From an uncultured Gammaproteobacteria bacterium (lineage in GTDB: Bacteria; Patescibacteriota; Patescibacteriia; JAHIZJ01), in NCBI GenBank assembly GCA_964371245.1, contig CAYJKP010000001.1, forward strand, positions 53,128 to 117,127: a DNA stretch of 64,000 nt. The letters run 5' to 3'. The stretch's first letter is position 1; the number at the start of each line of letters is the position of its first letter. This document shows positions 1-11,542 of the stretch, piece after piece. Position numbers and translations under genes: made by a program. A model generated the notes under the pieces. The model was not told the DNA's origin. It worked only from the letters and a program-made list of their open reading frames with translations, and did no database searches.

Positions 1-1
1 A

Positions 2-184
2 GCCGACCTTGTTGGTATCAGGGTCGTTCTCTGGCGGATCGTGGTGTTGGCAGCGAATCAGATGCTGTTCGTATCGTTCGGCGCGGATGTCGCGGCCGCA
101 ATGATCACGGGGGATGCAACACGTCGGCCACTGACACGTGCCAAGGTCCGGGTGTTGGCAGACATCTGAATCGCTGGTGCCCAA
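2..184 (-). CDS. Partial Cys/His-rich protein (putative Zn finger), runs off the window start
   Basis: GGAGG SD before TTG at 184; open frame MGTSDSDVCQHPDLGTCQWPTCCIPRDHCGRDIRAERYEQHLIRC...; upstream TTGCCT-18-TATACT. Not in the ORF track. Confidence 0.45.
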   Translation of the reverse strand, partial: MGTSDSDVCQHPDLGTCQWPTCCIPRDHCGRDIRAERYEQHLIRCQHHDPPENDPDTNKVG

Positions 185-354
185 ATCCAACCTCCGTGTT
201 TCTGGATAGGATCCATGTACGTGAACGGGAAAAACGCATGTAACGAGCAGTATATAAACAATCAGATGCCACAGGCAAATGTGATGAAATATGAGGAAAA
301 TAGAGGTAAAATATATATTTTGGCTAATATTAAGAAAGTACCAGCTTTTAGGTC

Positions 355-383
355 TTGACAATAGCGACAAAATGCGCTATTAT
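355..383 (+). promoter_or_regulatory. sigma70-type promoter
   Basis: TTGACA-17 nt-TATTAT. Confidence 0.7.
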
Positions 384-389
384 GCCTAG

Positions 390-640
390 TTATTAGATGG
401 AGAGGGGTCTTTTCATGGAGTAATTAGAGCGCTGGGTTGTACTGGATAACGGGTATCCAATGTATCCCAGCGCTTTGATTCATCTAGAATCAAGGAGCAA
501 TCAACCGCGCGATGTCTTCATTGCGCATGCACCTTCCACTATAAAAACCCAGTTATTTCACCGCTTCACGAGAAGCATCTACCATACAGGAATGTCACGG
601 CTTTCGAGCCACGGTCCAACCACGGATACGAAACAGGGGG
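390..640 (+). other. Long structured 5' leader / candidate ncRNA
   Basis: Stems AGAGCGCTGGG/CCCAGCGCTTT (426-476), TTGATTC/GAATCAA, GCGCGATG/CATTGCGC, GCTTC/GAAGC between the promoter and ORF 648. Confidence 0.45.
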
Positions 641-647
641 TGTTCAG

Positions 648-1238
648 ATGCCACAGATTTCGTCAAAGGGAATCGTCCAGGGTAACTTTCCGCTGGAAGA
701 GGTGTGGGTGAGGTTCTACACGCGCGCTCCGGAGGGGACGGCCATTCGCGACGGTCAGTACGACGATGCAGTCGCGGCGGCCAGGCACAGGGCTAAGGCC
801 ACCGCTTTGGGAGTCGACTCCGAACGGATGGGGCGCGGCAAGGACGACTCGGGCAGCCAGCTCAAGGATGTCCGGATGACCTCGATCGAGCTGCTCATCG
901 CCGATCTGCGGGGCCTCGGGTACCGCCTGATCGACGCGTTCCAGAAGACGACCCCTCGCGCGGGCGGCGGTCCGGACATGGGCGTGGTCACGTTCGTCTT
1001 CAGCAATGAGGGCGACGAGATCACTCTGTCGCCGGTGGACGCGATCTGGTTCGCGCGTCGGATCACTCTGACGCACGAGAAGGTCACGATCTGGGCCAAC
1101 GCTCAGACTCGGCCTGGCTCGGAGGAGTTTACCTGGCGGCGCGACACCATCAACGCTCGCGGCGCCAGGCCCGATCAGCCGCCCCGCCTCAAGTCGCGGA
1201 TGCTGGCCGTCGGCGAGTACTCGCACGACGAGCAGTAG
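648..1238 (+). CDS. Hypothetical protein (196 aa, GC-rich)
   Basis: Long ORF with AGGGGG SD, own promoter and terminator. Confidence 0.7.
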   Translation: MPQISSKGIVQGNFPLEEVWVRFYTRAPEGTAIRDGQYDDAVAAARHRAKATALGVDSERMGRGKDDSGSQLKDVRMTSIELLIADLRGLGYRLIDAFQKTTPRAGGGPDMGVVTFVFSNEGDEITLSPVDAIWFARRITLTHEKVTIWANAQTRPGSEEFTWRRDTINARGARPDQPPRLKSRMLAVGEYSHDEQ

Positions 1239-1309
1239 CCGCGCTACGACTTCAACCCAACTGGGTTTCGCACATCGTAGACCTCGCTAGGTTCTACGCA
1301 ACGCTTCAT

Positions 1310-1351
1310 GGCCGGCCTTCCTTCGGGAATGTGCCGGCCTTCAACTTTTTT
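1310..1351 (+). terminator. Intrinsic terminator
   Basis: GGCCGGC...GCCGGCC stem with inner TTCG loop, then T-tract. Confidence 0.6.
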
Positions 1352-1361
1352 ATAATAATAA

Positions 1362-1389
1362 CGTAGGCGAGCGTTAACGCTCGCCTACG
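1362..1389. repeat. Perfect 28-bp palindrome, REP-like
   Basis: CGTAGGCGAGCGTT/AACGCTCGCCTACG with GTAG...CTAC ends, between convergent genes. Confidence 0.65.
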
Positions 1390-1396
1390 GATGGTA

Positions 1397-2830
1397 TTAT
1401 TCCTCGACCGTGTTTGTTTCGGCCGCTACGCCGCTCAGGTCCAGCCGTGAGAGCATGTATTTGCCGAGCACGTCTTTAACCGGTTTGATCGAGCCGAGGC
1501 CGACGAGTGCCAAAGTATCTTGTTCATCCGTTTTCACCCAGCTCGGCACAGTCTGGCCGGAAACAAGGTCGAAGAAATGCATCAGGAAGGTGGTGGCATA
1601 AACGCCTTTCGGAAGGGTGAAGCTTAGTATCACGCCCTCAGGCGTTATCCGCGAGGCGTGAATATTTGGTTTAATGATTGTAGCCACGTTCCGTTTGGCC
1701 GGTCGGATAAACGGGAAAGGTTTAATATGTTGAAGAAAGTTTTCGGTTTGATCCGCTTGCAAATACGAGGCATACGGTTGGTGGTCGGCCGGGTCAGCGC
1801 TTAACAGCAGGGGCAATGTTTCGGGCAGCGGTTCACCATTTATTGTGGCGTCGGATAGTTTCTTGTTGAAGAGATAGCTGACGTAGGCATAGACCCAGAG
1901 CCGCACATGCTCGGAAATGCACGCCAGCGCGCCGATCGGATCGTCCGGGCGCTGTTTTAGATATTCCAGGACTTTAAGCTCGTTTCGGAACGAATACGGG
2001 AAACGTTGGAATTCGGCCAGCATGGCCCGGCCATTCTCGAACAGTGTCTGGACTTTTTTGCGCACCGCCTGGAAATACGGCGGCTCGGACTCGTTCGTGC
2101 CGGCTAGGTACATCCGCAGCGCTTCAACATATTTCCCTTGCATGACCAGCCGGCCGAATTGATGGACGGAAAAGCGGCTGCCGAATCGCTGGACGCCATA
2201 GTAGTTTAAAAACCCCTTGGTGCGATATTCCTCTAGTCGCTGGTCTAACCATTTTTGCTCGACCGGTTTTTCGGTCCGGACAAAGATGGTGAAACGGTTG
2301 CCGAAGAGTTCACCGACATTAACCACGCCCTTGCCATAGGAAAAGTTCTTCAGGTACAGCCCCGGTATTGAATGGCTGGTCAGTTCTTCGTATTTCACGT
2401 TTCGAAGGCTGATCCGCTGGCTGGTGACGGCAACGGCGTCTTTGATGCCAGCGTGCCCGACCCGTTTTGGCTCCAGCTGCAACGTTTCACACAACCGTTG
2501 GATGGCCTCAAGCGTGAACACGCCGACTTTGATCAAATCAAAAAAAAGCGTTCGTTGATCGGTGGCGTCGGAAGGCGGCGCGGGCGCTTCGGGGATAACC
2601 GTTCTCACCGTCCCGTCGAGCGCCACTTCCTCGACGATAAAATCTTGAAGATAGAGACGATAATAGCCGCGCACGCGATCGGCCGGCAAGGCGGTGATGC
2701 CAATGTGTTCGAGGATGCGCCGGGGATTGAGCTTTTCGTCATATTGAAACCACTCCGGTTTTTCGCGGCGGAGCTGGTCAATGTATTGGCGCTCTTGTTC
2801 CCAGAGTTCGTGGGAAGAGGTATGCGTCAT
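1397..2830 (-). CDS. truD: tRNA pseudouridine(13) synthase TruD/Pus7 family
   Basis: DFIVEE, HAGIKDAVAVTSQ, GNRFTI, NYYGVQRFG, FTLPKGVYAT motifs. Confidence 0.93.
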   Translation of the reverse strand: MTHTSSHELWEQERQYIDQLRREKPEWFQYDEKLNPRRILEHIGITALPADRVRGYYRLYLQDFIVEEVALDGTVRTVIPEAPAPPSDATDQRTLFFDLIKVGVFTLEAIQRLCETLQLEPKRVGHAGIKDAVAVTSQRISLRNVKYEELTSHSIPGLYLKNFSYGKGVVNVGELFGNRFTIFVRTEKPVEQKWLDQRLEEYRTKGFLNYYGVQRFGSRFSVHQFGRLVMQGKYVEALRMYLAGTNESEPPYFQAVRKKVQTLFENGRAMLAEFQRFPYSFRNELKVLEYLKQRPDDPIGALACISEHVRLWVYAYVSYLFNKKLSDATINGEPLPETLPLLLSADPADHQPYASYLQADQTENFLQHIKPFPFIRPAKRNVATIIKPNIHASRITPEGVILSFTLPKGVYATTFLMHFFDLVSGQTVPSWVKTDEQDTLALVGLGSIKPVKDVLGKYMLSRLDLSGVAAETNTVEE

Positions 2831-2878
2831 ATCAGCTTGAGCGTATAAAGGGCGGGCGGTTTTGTCAAACGTGGCGTT

Positions 2879-2907
2879 TTGACATGGGTAACAAACGGTG
2901 GTATGAC
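2879..2907 (+). promoter_or_regulatory. sigma70-type promoter
   Basis: TTGACA-17-TATGAC. Confidence 0.5.
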
Positions 2908-2953
2908 GGCAGTAGTACGGATCGAAGAGCGTCGGCTCGTCGAAGGAGGTGAG

Positions 2954-3133
2954 ATGCGTATGCCCCAGTCATTGATCCAGTTATGGGATGCGACCTGGCA
3001 AATGGTCTGTCACGGGCTGTATGCCGGTTTGATGCTCGGTCTGTTCGTCGCGGCGGTGGCTCTGACAAGCCTCTTGCCGAGCCCACGTCGGTCGGCGAGT
3101 AACGAGGCCTGGCAATGGGATCCGCCGCATTAG
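2954..3133 (+). CDS. Small single-TM hypothetical protein
   Basis: GAAGGAGGTGA SD before ATG 2954; hydrophobic GLYAGLMLGLFVAAVALTSLL. Confidence 0.55.
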   Translation: MRMPQSLIQLWDATWQMVCHGLYAGLMLGLFVAAVALTSLLPSPRRSASNEAWQWDPPH

Positions 3134-3169
3134 CGGTGACGGAGAATCATGAAACAAGCGCTCATTCGT

Positions 3170-3191
3170 GGGTCTTCAAAAGACCCTTTTT
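3170..3191 (+). terminator. Intrinsic terminator
   Basis: GGGTCTT-caa-AAGACCC-TTTTT. Confidence 0.6.
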
Positions 3192-3220
3192 GTATACCTG
3201 GACAATCAGGACTTAGGGAC

Positions 3221-3249
3221 TTGTCAGACTTGACAGGCGGGTGTATACT
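3221..3249 (+). promoter_or_regulatory. uvrA promoter
   Basis: TTGTCA-17-TATACT; overlapping TGTCA/TGACA inverted repeat. Confidence 0.5.
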
Positions 3250-3276
3250 GTCTCTCAGTTATTTTTCAGAAAGAAT

Positions 3277-6177
3277 ATGGCCGATAAAATCACAATCAAG
3301 GGCGCCCGCGTCCATAATTTAAAGAATATCAGCCTGGAAATACCCCGAGACAAACTGGTGGTTATCACCGGCATCTCCGGCTCGGGAAAATCGTCGTTGG
3401 CTTTTGATACGATTTACGCCGAGGGGCAACGTCGCTACGTCGAATCACTTTCGGCGTATGCCCGCCAGTTTTTAGGTTTGATGGACAAGCCGGACGTGGA
3501 TCAAATTGACGGTTTGTCGCCAGCCATTTCGATTGATCAAAAATCAACCTCGCATAACCCGCGTTCGACCGTTGGTACGGTAACTGAGGTGTATGATTAT
3601 CTCCGGCTGCTCTTTGCCCGGATCGGAATCCCGCATTGTCCGAAGTGCGGCCGCGAAGTCTCGCGTCAGACCGTCGATCAGATTGTTGAACGGCTTTTGG
3701 ATTTGCCAAACGGAACGAAAATCCACCTTCTCGCCTCGTTGATCAGGGATCAGAAGGGCGAGCATAAAAACGTGCTCGAAAAAATCCGCCGCGCCGGCTA
3801 CGTCCGCATCCGTTTCGATAGCCTCATCTACACGCTCGAGGAAGCGGCTGAGCTGGTGGTTGATAAAAACAAGAAACATACGCTCGAAGTATTAGTTGAT
3901 CGCTTGGAGATATCGGATGACATGCGAAAGAAAGCGGCGCGCAAGGAAGCGCAAACAGCTGATCGAACACGCCTGGTTGAGTCAGTCGAAACGGCGCTTG
4001 ATCTCGGTAGCGGAGTGATCTATATCCAGGTTGAGGGCAAAGACGAAGACCTGATCTTCAGCCAGCACTTTGCCTGCACCAAGTGCGATATCAGTTTGCC
4101 GGAAATCGAGCCGCGCAGCTTCTCATTCAATAATCCCCACGGCGCCTGTCCTGATTGCACCGGTCTTGGCACCAAGCTCGAAATTGACGCCAATTTAATC
4201 ATTCCCAATAAAAAGCTGACCCTGGCTGAAGGTGCGGTCCGACCGTGGTCGCGGACCTCGGCCAACCAAACCTGGTATTTTCGGGTGCTTGAAGCGGTGG
4301 CGAAAGCGCACGATTTTTCTGTCAATGTGCCGATCGAAAAATTGACGAAGGAACAGCTGAAAATCGTGCTCTATGGTACCGGCGGCCAGACCTACGACGT
4401 GAACAACGAATTCGCGGGTGGAAAAGTGCGCGAACTCTGGACGACCTTCGAAGGCGTTATCCCGAACCTGGAGCGGCGGTATAAGGAAACCGATTCTGAT
4501 TACATCCGTTCGGAAATCGAGCGGTATATGCGCATCTATCCCTGCCCGACTTGCCAGGGGAAACGCTTGAAACCGACTGCTCTGGCGGTAACCGTCGGCG
4601 GGAAGTCAATTGACAAGGTTGTCGCGTTGACGATCGACCAAACAATGGAATATTTTGACGGTCTGACGGTGAAGAAAGGCAATCCGGCGGTACTCTCCGA
4701 ACGCCATCAATTCATCGCCCGGCAGATTATTAAGGAAATCAAAAGCCGCTTGCTTTTCCTCCACAATGTTGGTCTTGATTACCTGACCATTGATCGGGCG
4801 GCGGCCACTCTTGCCGGCGGCGAAGCCCAGCGGATTCGGCTGGCCACCCAAATCGGCTCGAGCCTGACAGGTGTGATCTATATCCTTGACGAACCGTCGA
4901 TCGGCTTGCATCAGCGCGACAACGATAAATTAATTGATACGCTCAAGCGCCTGCGTGACCTGGGAAATACCGTGATTGTCGTCGAGCACGACGAGAATAC
5001 GATCCGGACGGCTGATCATGTCGTTGACGTCGGTCCCGGCGCCGGCGAACACGGTGGCGAGATCGTCGCGCAAGGGACGCCCGCTCAGATCATGAAGCAT
5101 CCAAAGTCATTGACCGGCAAATATCTCTCGGGCACGCTTTCAATCGACCCACCGAAGAAATATCGGTCGGGGAACGGCAAAACGTTAAAAGTAATCGGCG
5201 CCGAGGAATTTAATCTGAAAAAAGTCGATTTAACGATCCCGCTCGGAAAATTTGTTTGTGTCACCGGCGTCTCCGGTTCGGGCAAGTCGACCCTAGTGAC
5301 AGAAATCCTGGCGCGGGCGCTTTCGCAGTATTTCTATCGCTCAAAGGAACTGCCGGGCAAGCACAAGGAAATTCAAGGCCTCGAACATCTTGATAAGGTG
5401 ATCAATATCGACCAGTCGCCGATCGGCCGGACGCCGCGCTCGAACGCCGCCACCTACACTGGCGTCTTCACCTATATCCGCGACCTTTTTACCCAGATTC
5501 CTGAGGCAAAAATCCGCGGCTACAAGGCCGGCCGATTTAGTTTCAATGTGAAAGGCGGACGGTGCGAGAATTGCCAAGGCGAAGGCTACACCCGGATCGA
5601 AATGCAGTTTTTGCCGGACGTGTATGTTGAATGCGAAGAATGCCACGGACAGCGCTATAACCAGGCGGCGCTTGAAATTCATTATAAAGGCAAGAACATC
5701 GCCGATATTCTTGACTTGACGGTTGAGGAAGGCTATAAATTTTTCGAAAACATTCCGGCCATCCGCCAAAAACTTCAAACCCTGATTGATGTCGGTTTGG
5801 GTTACATCCATCTCGGTCAATCAGCCACGACCTTGTCCGGCGGCGAAGCTCAGCGGATCAAATTGGCGACCGAGCTTTCCCGGCGGGCCACGGGTCGAAC
5901 GCTCTATATTCTGGACGAGCCGACGACCGGTTTGCACTTCGAAGACGTCAAGCGTCTGCTCCACGTTTTGAACAAGCTGGTTGACAAAGGCAATACCGTC
6001 CTTATTATTGAGCACAATTTGGACGTCATCAAATCCGTTGACTGGATTGTTGACCTCGGTCCTGAGGGCGGAGACAAAGGGGGAGAAATTATCGCCGAAG
6101 GTACACCGCATGAAGTGGCTAAGGAAAAAAAGTCATACACCGGGCAATATCTGAAAAAAGTGTTCGAGATAAAGTAA
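3277..6177 (+). CDS. uvrA: Excinuclease ABC subunit A
   Basis: GARVHNLK, two Walker A ([16 protein letters not shown]), Zn fingers, [12 protein letters not shown]; start taken at ATG 3277. Confidence 0.98.
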   Translation: MADKITIKGARVHNLKNISLEIPRDKLVVITGISGSGKSSLAFDTIYAEGQRRYVESLSAYARQFLGLMDKPDVDQIDGLSPAISIDQKSTSHNPRSTVGTVTEVYDYLRLLFARIGIPHCPKCGREVSRQTVDQIVERLLDLPNGTKIHLLASLIRDQKGEHKNVLEKIRRAGYVRIRFDSLIYTLEEAAELVVDKNKKHTLEVLVDRLEISDDMRKKAARKEAQTADRTRLVESVETALDLGSGVIYIQVEGKDEDLIFSQHFACTKCDISLPEIEPRSFSFNNPHGACPDCTGLGTKLEIDANLIIPNKKLTLAEGAVRPWSRTSANQTWYFRVLEAVAKAHDFSVNVPIEKLTKEQLKIVLYGTGGQTYDVNNEFAGGKVRELWTTFEGVIPNLERRYKETDSDYIRSEIERYMRIYPCPTCQGKRLKPTALAVTVGGKSIDKVVALTIDQTMEYFDGLTVKKGNPAVLSERHQFIARQIIKEIKSRLLFLHNVGLDYLTIDRAAATLAGGEAQRIRLATQIGSSLTGVIYILDEPSIGLHQRDNDKLIDTLKRLRDLGNTVIVVEHDENTIRTADHVVDVGPGAGEHGGEIVAQGTPAQIMKHPKSLTGKYLSGTLSIDPPKKYRSGNGKTLKVIGAEEFNLKKVDLTIPLGKFVCVTGVSGSGKSTLVTEILARALSQYFYRSKELPGKHKEIQGLEHLDKVINIDQSPIGRTPRSNAATYTGVFTYIRDLFTQIPEAKIRGYKAGRFSFNVKGGRCENCQGEGYTRIEMQFLPDVYVECEECHGQRYNQAALEIHYKGKNIADILDLTVEEGYKFFENIPAIRQKLQTLIDVGLGYIHLGQSATTLSGGEAQRIKLATELSRRATGRTLYILDEPTTGLHFEDVKRLLHVLNKLVDKGNTVLIIEHNLDVIKSVDWIVDLGPEGGDKGGEIIAEGTPHEVAKEKKSYTGQYLKKVFEIK

Positions 6178-6184
6178 CGAACGG

Positions 6185-6209
6185 AAAAGGCGGCGCGAGC
6201 CGTTTTTTG
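6185..6209. terminator. Bidirectional terminator between uvrA and DUF212 gene
   Basis: AAAAGGCGGC-gcga-GCCGTTTTTT. Confidence 0.6.
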
Positions 6210-6249
6210 CGTATGTGAAAAGACTTCCGCGTTTCCGCAGAAGTCGGCG

Positions 6250-6693
6250 TTACAGGTACGAGACGGTGGCGACAATGACGCCGAGCAGCAGACCCGCAAT
6301 GACCTGCGGGTAGGTGTGCCCGAGCAGTGTTTTCATGGTTTGTGGGCGGTAATCGGCACGGAGCAGGTGTTGGAGATCCAGCACAAGCTGATTGAGGAGC
6401 TCGGCTTGTTGGCCAGCCGCTCGGCGAAGGTTTGCCGCGTCGTACATGACGATGTAACTGAAGACAACGGTCATGGCGAAAAACGTGCTGCCCCAGCCCA
6501 GGTCATGGCCGACACAGATGGTCAGCGCCGAAACGGCGGTCGTGTGTGCGGAGGGCATGCCGCCGGTATCGAGTAGCTTTGTCAGGTCCCAGCGGTGTTC
6601 GGTGGAAAGGCAGAGGACGACCTTCAGGCATTGCGCGGCCAGGCTGGCGATTGCGACTGTCAAAAGAACGTGGTTGTGAAATAGTTCACCCAT
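6250..6693 (-). CDS. Divergent PAP2 family protein (DUF212)
   Basis: TGGMPSAH, VMYDA, RRAAGQQA, LGHT motifs. Confidence 0.9.
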   Translation of the reverse strand: MGELFHNHVLLTVAIASLAAQCLKVVLCLSTEHRWDLTKLLDTGGMPSAHTTAVSALTICVGHDLGWGSTFFAMTVVFSYIVMYDAANLRRAAGQQAELLNQLVLDLQHLLRADYRPQTMKTLLGHTYPQVIAGLLLGVIVATVSYL

Positions 6694-6887
6694 TGCAGCT
6701 CCTTTTCGGTAGCGTCTTACGAACGCTGGAATTCCATCAGTCTCTATCTATATTCTGGCATCATGCGCCGGTTCAAGAGCGCGGGAAGACTATGACGTTG
6801 GGCAGTGGCACAATACTCTATTGCGGCGAGTATTTCAAGGGGTGGCTGAAGATTGCTTTTCTGAAATAAAACCGCCATAATGGAGGC

Positions 6888-7832
6888 ATGACACCGCCCG
6901 GCGAATTAGCGAAATCAATCTTGTCTGAACTGGCGTATTTTGATATTTTTGAGCATCCGTTAACGCCGATCGAACTCTGGCGGTATGCCAGCCCACGGAC
7001 GGCTACTCTCGCCGAGGTTATCACCGAACTTGCGCAAAGCGATTGGTTACGCGAACGAATTGATCAGAAATGGGGTATGTATTTCCTGCGCGGCCGCGAT
7101 CATGTCGTCGAGCTCCGCATGGTTCGGTACCGCGAGTCTGAAGCAAAGTATTTGAAAGCGCTGCGTTTTGCCAATCGCCTGGCGACCTTTCCGTTCATTC
7201 GGATGATTGCCGTCTGCAACTCGTTGGCGTACAGCAATTCTCGCTCCGACGGGGACATTGATCTGTTTTTTATCGCTGCGCCCGGTCGGATCTGGACCAC
7301 CCGGTGGCACGTGACCGGCTATCTGAAAGTGTTGGGCGAACGACCGACACGCCAGGTGACGCGGGACAAGATTTGCGCCAGTTTCTTTATCGCGCCGGAA
7401 GCGTTTGATCTTCGAACCATGAAAATATCCCGGTCCGATATCTATCTGGCACATTGGGTCAAGCAACTTGTGCCGATTTACGATTCAGCTGATTGGTACG
7501 AAAAATTCATGGCGGCAAACGTCTGGGTGGAGGAGTATTTTCCGCACGGCTATCCAATCCAGCCAGCCCTGACGCGCCGCATCGCTTCGTCTCGCGCACG
7601 TGTGGCGATGCAAAAAACATTTGAAACCGTCTATCGAGGCGTGGTCGGTGATGCGTTTGAGAAAATGTATGAGCGGATCCAGCGCCGCCTGTTGCCGAAC
7701 GATCTTCGCCGCTTGGCCGGTCAAGACACGCGCGTGGTGATGACGCCGACGATGCTGAAATTTCACGAAAACGACCGGCGCGCCAGGTACCAAGAACGCT
7801 GGCTTGAGAAATGCAAGGAGTTGGGCGTATGA
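6888..7832 (+). CDS. Pol-beta-type nucleotidyltransferase-domain protein
   Basis: CNSLAYSNSRSDGDIDLFFI (GS...DxD-like); N-terminal YFDIFEHPLT. Confidence 0.65.
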   Translation: MTPPGELAKSILSELAYFDIFEHPLTPIELWRYASPRTATLAEVITELAQSDWLRERIDQKWGMYFLRGRDHVVELRMVRYRESEAKYLKALRFANRLATFPFIRMIAVCNSLAYSNSRSDGDIDLFFIAAPGRIWTTRWHVTGYLKVLGERPTRQVTRDKICASFFIAPEAFDLRTMKISRSDIYLAHWVKQLVPIYDSADWYEKFMAANVWVEEYFPHGYPIQPALTRRIASSRARVAMQKTFETVYRGVVGDAFEKMYERIQRRLLPNDLRRLAGQDTRVVMTPTMLKFHENDRRARYQERWLEKCKELGV

Positions 7833-9223
7833 AAAAACTTTGGCACCATCTGCCGGCCGTTGGGCTCTACCTCTACGTCTTTCTTTTGCCGTGGCAGACG
7901 CGGCTGATTGTCCGGCAAGGATATCTAAATGGTGGAAATTGGGAATATGGTTCAGCCAGTTTATACGGCACCGAAATTCTCCTGCTGGCGGTGGTCATCG
8001 TCGAGTTGTTTCACCGGCGGAAAAAAGCATCGGCCAAGCGGCTTGGGTATGATATTGCGCTGATTGCTTTCTTGGTGATCGCCGGACTGTCATTTCTCTT
8101 TTCGATAAAACAGGAACTGACCCTGGCAGCGTTGATCAAGCTGCTCGAAGGTATTTGTCTGATTTGGCTCGTTACCCGAATTCCGTTTTCCTGGCGCTGG
8201 CTGGCGCAGTCCTGGGTGGCCGGGGCGCTTGTGCAGGCTGGTTTCGGTATCTGGCAATTCTTTAGCCAGCAGACGATCGTCAATAAATGGCTTGGCTTGG
8301 CCGCTCATGATCCAGCTCAGCTCGGCACGTTTGTGATTGAAACCGGCGGTGAACGGTTTTTGCGGGCCTATGGCGCGCTTCCGCATCCGAATATGCTCGC
8401 CGCCTGGTTGGGGTTGGCGATATTTCTCATTTTTGGTCTGTATTTTGACCTCTATCGGCGGATCTACCACTGGTTTGCCGCACTCCACCCGTCTCAACAA
8501 AAGAAATTCTGGTCGGCGACCGGCAATCAAGCGATCAAATTCTCGCTCGAAATTATCTGGTATCTTGTTTGCCTGGGCGTGTTGACGATTGGCTTACTGC
8601 TGACGTTTTCACGCGGGGCGTGGCTCGCCTGCCTGATCGGTATTGGCGTGATGGCGATTATCACTGTCGTAAAGAATGACGCAAAAAAATTCTTAGCGCT
8701 AGTCAAACTCGTCATTGTCATCGGCGTCGTGGCCGCGGCGACCGTGGCCATTATGCCACAGCCGTTTTTCACGCGCTTCCAGCCCGAGAGCCGGCTTGAA
8801 AAGATTTCGATCGATACGCGGCTGACCTATCAAGACCAAGCCCTGACCCTGCTAAAAAAATATTGGATCGTCGGCACCGGCCTGGGGACGTACACCCAGG
8901 CGGTCCACGACAAAATAGACAACAGTCTCAAGACCTGGGATTACCAGCCGGTGCATAATATCTATTTATTGATCGCCGTCGAGACAAGCGTTATCGGATT
9001 GATTGTTTTCGGCTTTTTACTCTTTGAGGTCTTTCGTGAAACCGTGCGGCGGCTGAAAAAAAGCAAGGTCATTGATCGCTGGCTTGTTGTGATCATCGGA
9101 CAAATCGTGTTTGTGGTCGTGATGGGCTGGGTTGACCATTTTTGGTGGACACTGGCCTTTGGCGTCTGGGCCTGGTGGCTGATCTTCGGTTTGTGGCGGA
9201 GAGAAGTAGCCGTAAAGCAATAA
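7829..9223 (+). CDS. O-antigen ligase (WaaL/Wzy_C) family membrane protein
   Basis: Multi-TM; RAYGALPHPN, TFSRGAW, GTGLG, PVHNIYL; overlaps upstream stop (ATGA). Confidence 0.85.
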   Translation: MKKLWHHLPAVGLYLYVFLLPWQTRLIVRQGYLNGGNWEYGSASLYGTEILLLAVVIVELFHRRKKASAKRLGYDIALIAFLVIAGLSFLFSIKQELTLAALIKLLEGICLIWLVTRIPFSWRWLAQSWVAGALVQAGFGIWQFFSQQTIVNKWLGLAAHDPAQLGTFVIETGGERFLRAYGALPHPNMLAAWLGLAIFLIFGLYFDLYRRIYHWFAALHPSQQKKFWSATGNQAIKFSLEIIWYLVCLGVLTIGLLLTFSRGAWLACLIGIGVMAIITVVKNDAKKFLALVKLVIVIGVVAAATVAIMPQPFFTRFQPESRLEKISIDTRLTYQDQALTLLKKYWIVGTGLGTYTQAVHDKIDNSLKTWDYQPVHNIYLLIAVETSVIGLIVFGFLLFEVFRETVRRLKKSKVIDRWLVVIIGQIVFVVVMGWVDHFWWTLAFGVWAWWLIFGLWRREVAVKQ

Positions 9224-9306
9224 TTTTACTGTTCAGCAAATATATCCATATTTAAAGGGCGAGGACGGTCAGCAGGAGAGCGCCTAAAACGAGCGGGGAA
9301 GCGGCC

Positions 9307-9334
9307 TTGACGTGTTCCTTTTTTTTGCTAAAAT
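9307..9334 (+). promoter_or_regulatory. groESL promoter
   Basis: TTGACG-16-TAAAAT with TG extension. Confidence 0.6.
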
Positions 9335-9346
9335 AAAGAAACGGAA

Positions 9347-9373
9347 TTAGCACTCGAATTTATGGAGTGCTAA
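9347..9373 (+). promoter_or_regulatory. CIRCE element (HrcA operator)
   Basis: Exact TTAGCACTC-N9-GAGTGCTAA upstream of groES. Confidence 0.97.
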
Positions 9374-9427
9374 TATTCGAGAAAAATAGGCTAATTTAAG
9401 GTTAATTTATCCACAAAGGAGAAATGT

Positions 9428-9703
9428 ATGAAGCTGAAACCATTAGGCGATCGCGTGATCGTCAAACCTCTCAAAGACGAAGAGGTGACGAAATCCGGCA
9501 TCGTGTTGCCCGACACGGTTGAAAAAGAGAAGAAAGAACAGGGCGAAATCATAAGCATCGGCAACGGCGAGAAGATTGCCAAACTCGGTCTTACGGTCGG
9601 CGATAAGGTCCTCTTCGGAAAGTATTCCGGTGAAGACGTAAAGGTCGGCGAGGTTGAGTACAAGGTACTCAAAGAGGAAGACGTCTTAGCCGTCATGGAA
9701 TAA
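9428..9703 (+). CDS. groES: Co-chaperonin GroES
   Basis: LKPLGDRV, TKSGIVLPD, KYSG. Confidence 0.98.
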   Translation: MKLKPLGDRVIVKPLKDEEVTKSGIVLPDTVEKEKKEQGEIISIGNGEKIAKLGLTVGDKVLFGKYSGEDVKVGEVEYKVLKEEDVLAVME

Positions 9704-9715
9704 TTCGAATATTAA

Positions 9716-11374
<1,659 letters not shown>

Positions 11375-11389
11375 AAAGCAACACGATAT

Positions 11390-11421
11390 ACGAAAAACGG
11401 GCAGCCAGCCCGTTTTTCGTT
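11390..11421 (+). terminator. groEL terminator
   Basis: ACGAAAAACGGG...CCCGTTTTTCGT. Confidence 0.65.
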
Positions 11422-11542
11422 AGCCGAGATCCGTTGGAAGAGACATTGCTTGCCAATACGTGCCACGCCGTCCTTGCCTTTTTAATAAAAATAGTGTATA
11501 ATATACTAAGTTCAAAGACAAAGACTAACAAAAACAACAGAA

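Noticed and set aside
530-555. preQ1-I-like tail CCACTATAAAAACCCAG
   Set aside because: No adjacent P1 stem or GGTTC loop at the required spacing, and no queuosine gene downstream.
663-1226. 187-aa antisense ORF and similar shadow ORFs over uvrA, groEL, ppsA and fabH
   Set aside because: Mirror frames of GC-rich real genes, with no motifs or SD.
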